Assembly: GCA_900128395.1 (NCBI GenBank)
Contig: LT649300.1
Coordinates: 1 to 42,064 of the forward strand
Direction: 5' to 3'
Length of the DNA stretch: 42,064 bases
Origin: Stramenopiles sp. TOSAG23-2
Taxonomy: Eukaryota
Both the position numbers and the translations under genes were made by a program. This document shows, one piece after another, positions 39,631 through 42,064 of the stretch. The stretch's first letter is position 1, and each line of letters starts with the position of its first letter. The notes under the pieces are model-generated. The model was not told the DNA's origin and did no database searches. It was given only the letters and a program-made list of their open reading frames with translations.

Positions 39631-41628
39631 TTACTCCACCAACGATTGATCTAATTCATCCTCTTCCTTCTCTAATGCAAGTAATATCGTGTCATCGAAT
39701 TCTTCTTCATTATCATCATCATCGTTGCCATAAGATTGTAATTGTTGTTGTGTTTTCTTCTTCTTTTTCTTACTTCTAGGTTTTCGCTTAATTCGTCGGA
39801 AAAAAGCAGGTAATTGTAACTTGGAAGAAAATGGATCGTAACCTAATGGTGCTTCTATACCATGGTATAAGATATCGGATGCTTCTTTTTCTAACATTTT
39901 TACTTTGTGTTCCAAAGTTAAAGATTCATCTTTATAAAAACGCGCACGAACCATACCTTTTTCTGCAATACTAATACAATCATAGGCATCTTTTACCCAT
40001 ATATCATACACCTCTGGGTTAAAAACAGGTTTTTTAATAAATTTTGCTCGTTCATCATCATCTTTTATGACTAATGCACCACTACTTACACGTATAGCAA
40101 AGATTTTTGACATTGCATTGTGTAATCTTGCACGTTGGCCGGCCATAAATTCAGGGAAAATATCAATCATGGCATCATAACCTTTTCTTCCAATATCACC
40201 CAATTGTTTTAAAAAGAATTTATAATACTCATTCGATGGTCCACATTTTAATTTTAACATTAAATCTTGAATTTTTTCAATTTCAGCAAAATTATCTATC
40301 TCAAGTGCATGGATTAATTTAATAGTTTTGATTTTCCACTTCAATGAATTTCTATAACTATTTTTACATACAATCAATTCATCATAACATTCATCTACCA
40401 TTTCAAAGGTACTTTCAATATGCTCAATTTTTTCAACACCAGATGGTATCCCTTTTGCTAAACTTATTCGTTTATATCCTTCATTTAATAATTCCTCCAC
40501 TTTTGCAACTGATCGTAAACCTTTTGCTTCTGCTATACGCACACAACCAGCTGCTTTCACAACAATATCAACTCTTCCTCTCCTATATTGAACTAATTTA
40601 ACGCGTTTTTCTTCTTGTCTCATTCTTTCAACGAATTCTTTTTCGTTTTTAGCTGCAATCTTTCTTAAACGCATTTCCTCCTCCGTTGCTTTTCGTTCAC
40701 GTTCTTCCTCTGTTTTGAGGTCTTTTAACATTTTTTGTATTTGTAACAATTCACTTTCTTTTCTTTTCAATTCATAATGGTCATTATATTTTTTTTCATC
40801 CAGATATTTCTTCTTCTTCTTCCAATTATTTTGTAATTTAAAAACACATGTTTCCTTCAATTTAATCGATCCTGCATCTAATAGCATCGATTGATTATAT
40901 GCTGTAACTGAGCGAAAAAAATTACTTTTCACACGACTACTCTTTTTACTAGTAAGAATCCATCTTAAAAAATCCCGTATATCATTATGCCCTAATGCAA
41001 TCGATAGAGATAATATATCCATTCCATTATGATCCGGTGTTTTTAAAACATTTTTATATCTACTTTTGCTACATTCTTTATGTAACCATTTGATTACATC
41101 TATTTTATCTCCAAGTACTGCATAATGCGATAAATTTGCACCAGCATTGTCTAACTCATCAAAATTAAATTTTGATGTTGTATTATACATCCATTTCAAT
41201 AAACCTAATTTACCATGTCTAGCAGCTATATGTACAACAGTTTGTCCATCTTGTAAAACATGGTCATATGGACACGCATCGTGTAAAGTTAAATATTTCA
41301 TAATATTAATATCCCCACGTTGTGCAGCAAAATGGGCTAAGCCTAGATCATTACCATCTCTATATTCCAAGTCAGCACCAACTTGATGCAAAAATTTTAT
41401 CTCGTGCATATCACCACGTACACCTGCACAAAGTAGTTGCTCATCTATGTCTTGTAACGGTTTTAGTTTTTCATAGTCGCATTTATCTGGAAGTGCCCAT
41501 GTCTTTAAATACGAAGTATCAGATAATTTATTTTCATTTTTACTTGTACTGCTGCCGGGATTGGAAGATGGAAATAATATAGGGTCGTCTTTCGTTGCTT
41601 GAACAATGTTCTTCGTTAAGTTAAACAT
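39631..41628 (-). CDS. Ankyrin-repeat and coiled-coil protein
   Basis: About 5 ANK repeats (LAHFAAQRGD, TVVHIAARHGKL, LSHYAVLGDK, ILSLSIALGH) followed by a charged coiled coil. Confidence 0.85.
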   Translation of the reverse strand: MFNLTKNIVQATKDDPILFPSSNPGSSTSKNENKLSDTSYLKTWALPDKCDYEKLKPLQDIDEQLLCAGVRGDMHEIKFLHQVGADLEYRDGNDLGLAHFAAQRGDINIMKYLTLHDACPYDHVLQDGQTVVHIAARHGKLGLLKWMYNTTSKFNFDELDNAGANLSHYAVLGDKIDVIKWLHKECSKSRYKNVLKTPDHNGMDILSLSIALGHNDIRDFLRWILTSKKSSRVKSNFFRSVTAYNQSMLLDAGSIKLKETCVFKLQNNWKKKKKYLDEKKYNDHYELKRKESELLQIQKMLKDLKTEEERERKATEEEMRLRKIAAKNEKEFVERMRQEEKRVKLVQYRRGRVDIVVKAAGCVRIAEAKGLRSVAKVEELLNEGYKRISLAKGIPSGVEKIEHIESTFEMVDECYDELIVCKNSYRNSLKWKIKTIKLIHALEIDNFAEIEKIQDLMLKLKCGPSNEYYKFFLKQLGDIGRKGYDAMIDIFPEFMAGQRARLHNAMSKIFAIRVSSGALVIKDDDERAKFIKKPVFNPEVYDIWVKDAYDCISIAEKGMVRARFYKDESLTLEHKVKMLEKEASDILYHGIEAPLGYDPFSSKLQLPAFFRRIKRKPRSKKKKKKTQQQLQSYGNDDDDNEEEFDDTILLALEKEEDELDQSLVE

Positions 41629-42064
41629 TTTACGTTTGTGATTATATTTGTGTATGTGTATATGTATATGTATATGTATATTTCTTTTTTGAAATACTGA
41701 TTGTTGTTGATTTTTAACAACAGTAAGTTATTATTATTATTTCCTCCCACCAGCCAGAGTTGCCACAGAAGAGCACCAGACTGGAAAAAAAAAAAAAGCA
41801 AAAAAAAAAAAAAAAAATAATTAATATTATAAATAAAAAAGTCTGTTGTTGGCTGGCCAGCCCACCATACTGTAGTCTACCAGGTACGCAACGTACCAGC
41901 AAAAAGAAGTGCACAACCCAAAAAAATAAATAAAAAAATACTGCACTAGACGACGACTACTGGTGTACTGGTGGTATAAAATTTAATAATCCCCTGCATT
42001 AGTGCATTATAGAGTGCATTGGGGCTGTCCAGAGAGGAAGAGAAAAAGAGCATAAAAGTCGTTA

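Overview
AT-rich, gene-dense, almost intron-free eukaryotic DNA read in the standard code. Poly-Asn tracts, (AT)n microsatellites and one GT-AG intron suggest a heterotrophic protist, possibly a stramenopile, but the taxon cannot be fixed from sequence alone. About 15 protein genes are present: a >3,280-aa Cys-rich surface protein, GPC1/GPCAT, a PPP phosphatase, a PHTF-like multi-pass protein, a GH31 glycosidase, a low-complexity protein, an EamA transporter, a MINDY deubiquitinase, FUN14, a DCAF8-like WD40 protein, a Zn-finger/methyltransferase-like protein, a degenerate CARM1-GYF_2 fusion, an unknown basic protein, a GPR180/TMEM145-N-like type I protein and an ankyrin protein. The most unusual object is the giant protein. 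It looks like phage tail-fibre-like modules anchored by a eukaryotic coiled coil and TM helix, with a Cys-rich GGRE...C..GTW module inserted in frame into loops of a repeated scaffold domain. Intergenic DNA holds a nested TTAA-bounded inverted-repeat element, a foldback element, a 3-copy hairpin-rich repeat seen only between convergent genes, and distinct 5' (CCAG/CTGG) and 3' (TATGATAT) motif classes. Bases 1-50 are an inverted copy of 367-416, probably an amplification or assembly chimera. All family assignments come from motif recognition by eye; no searches were run.
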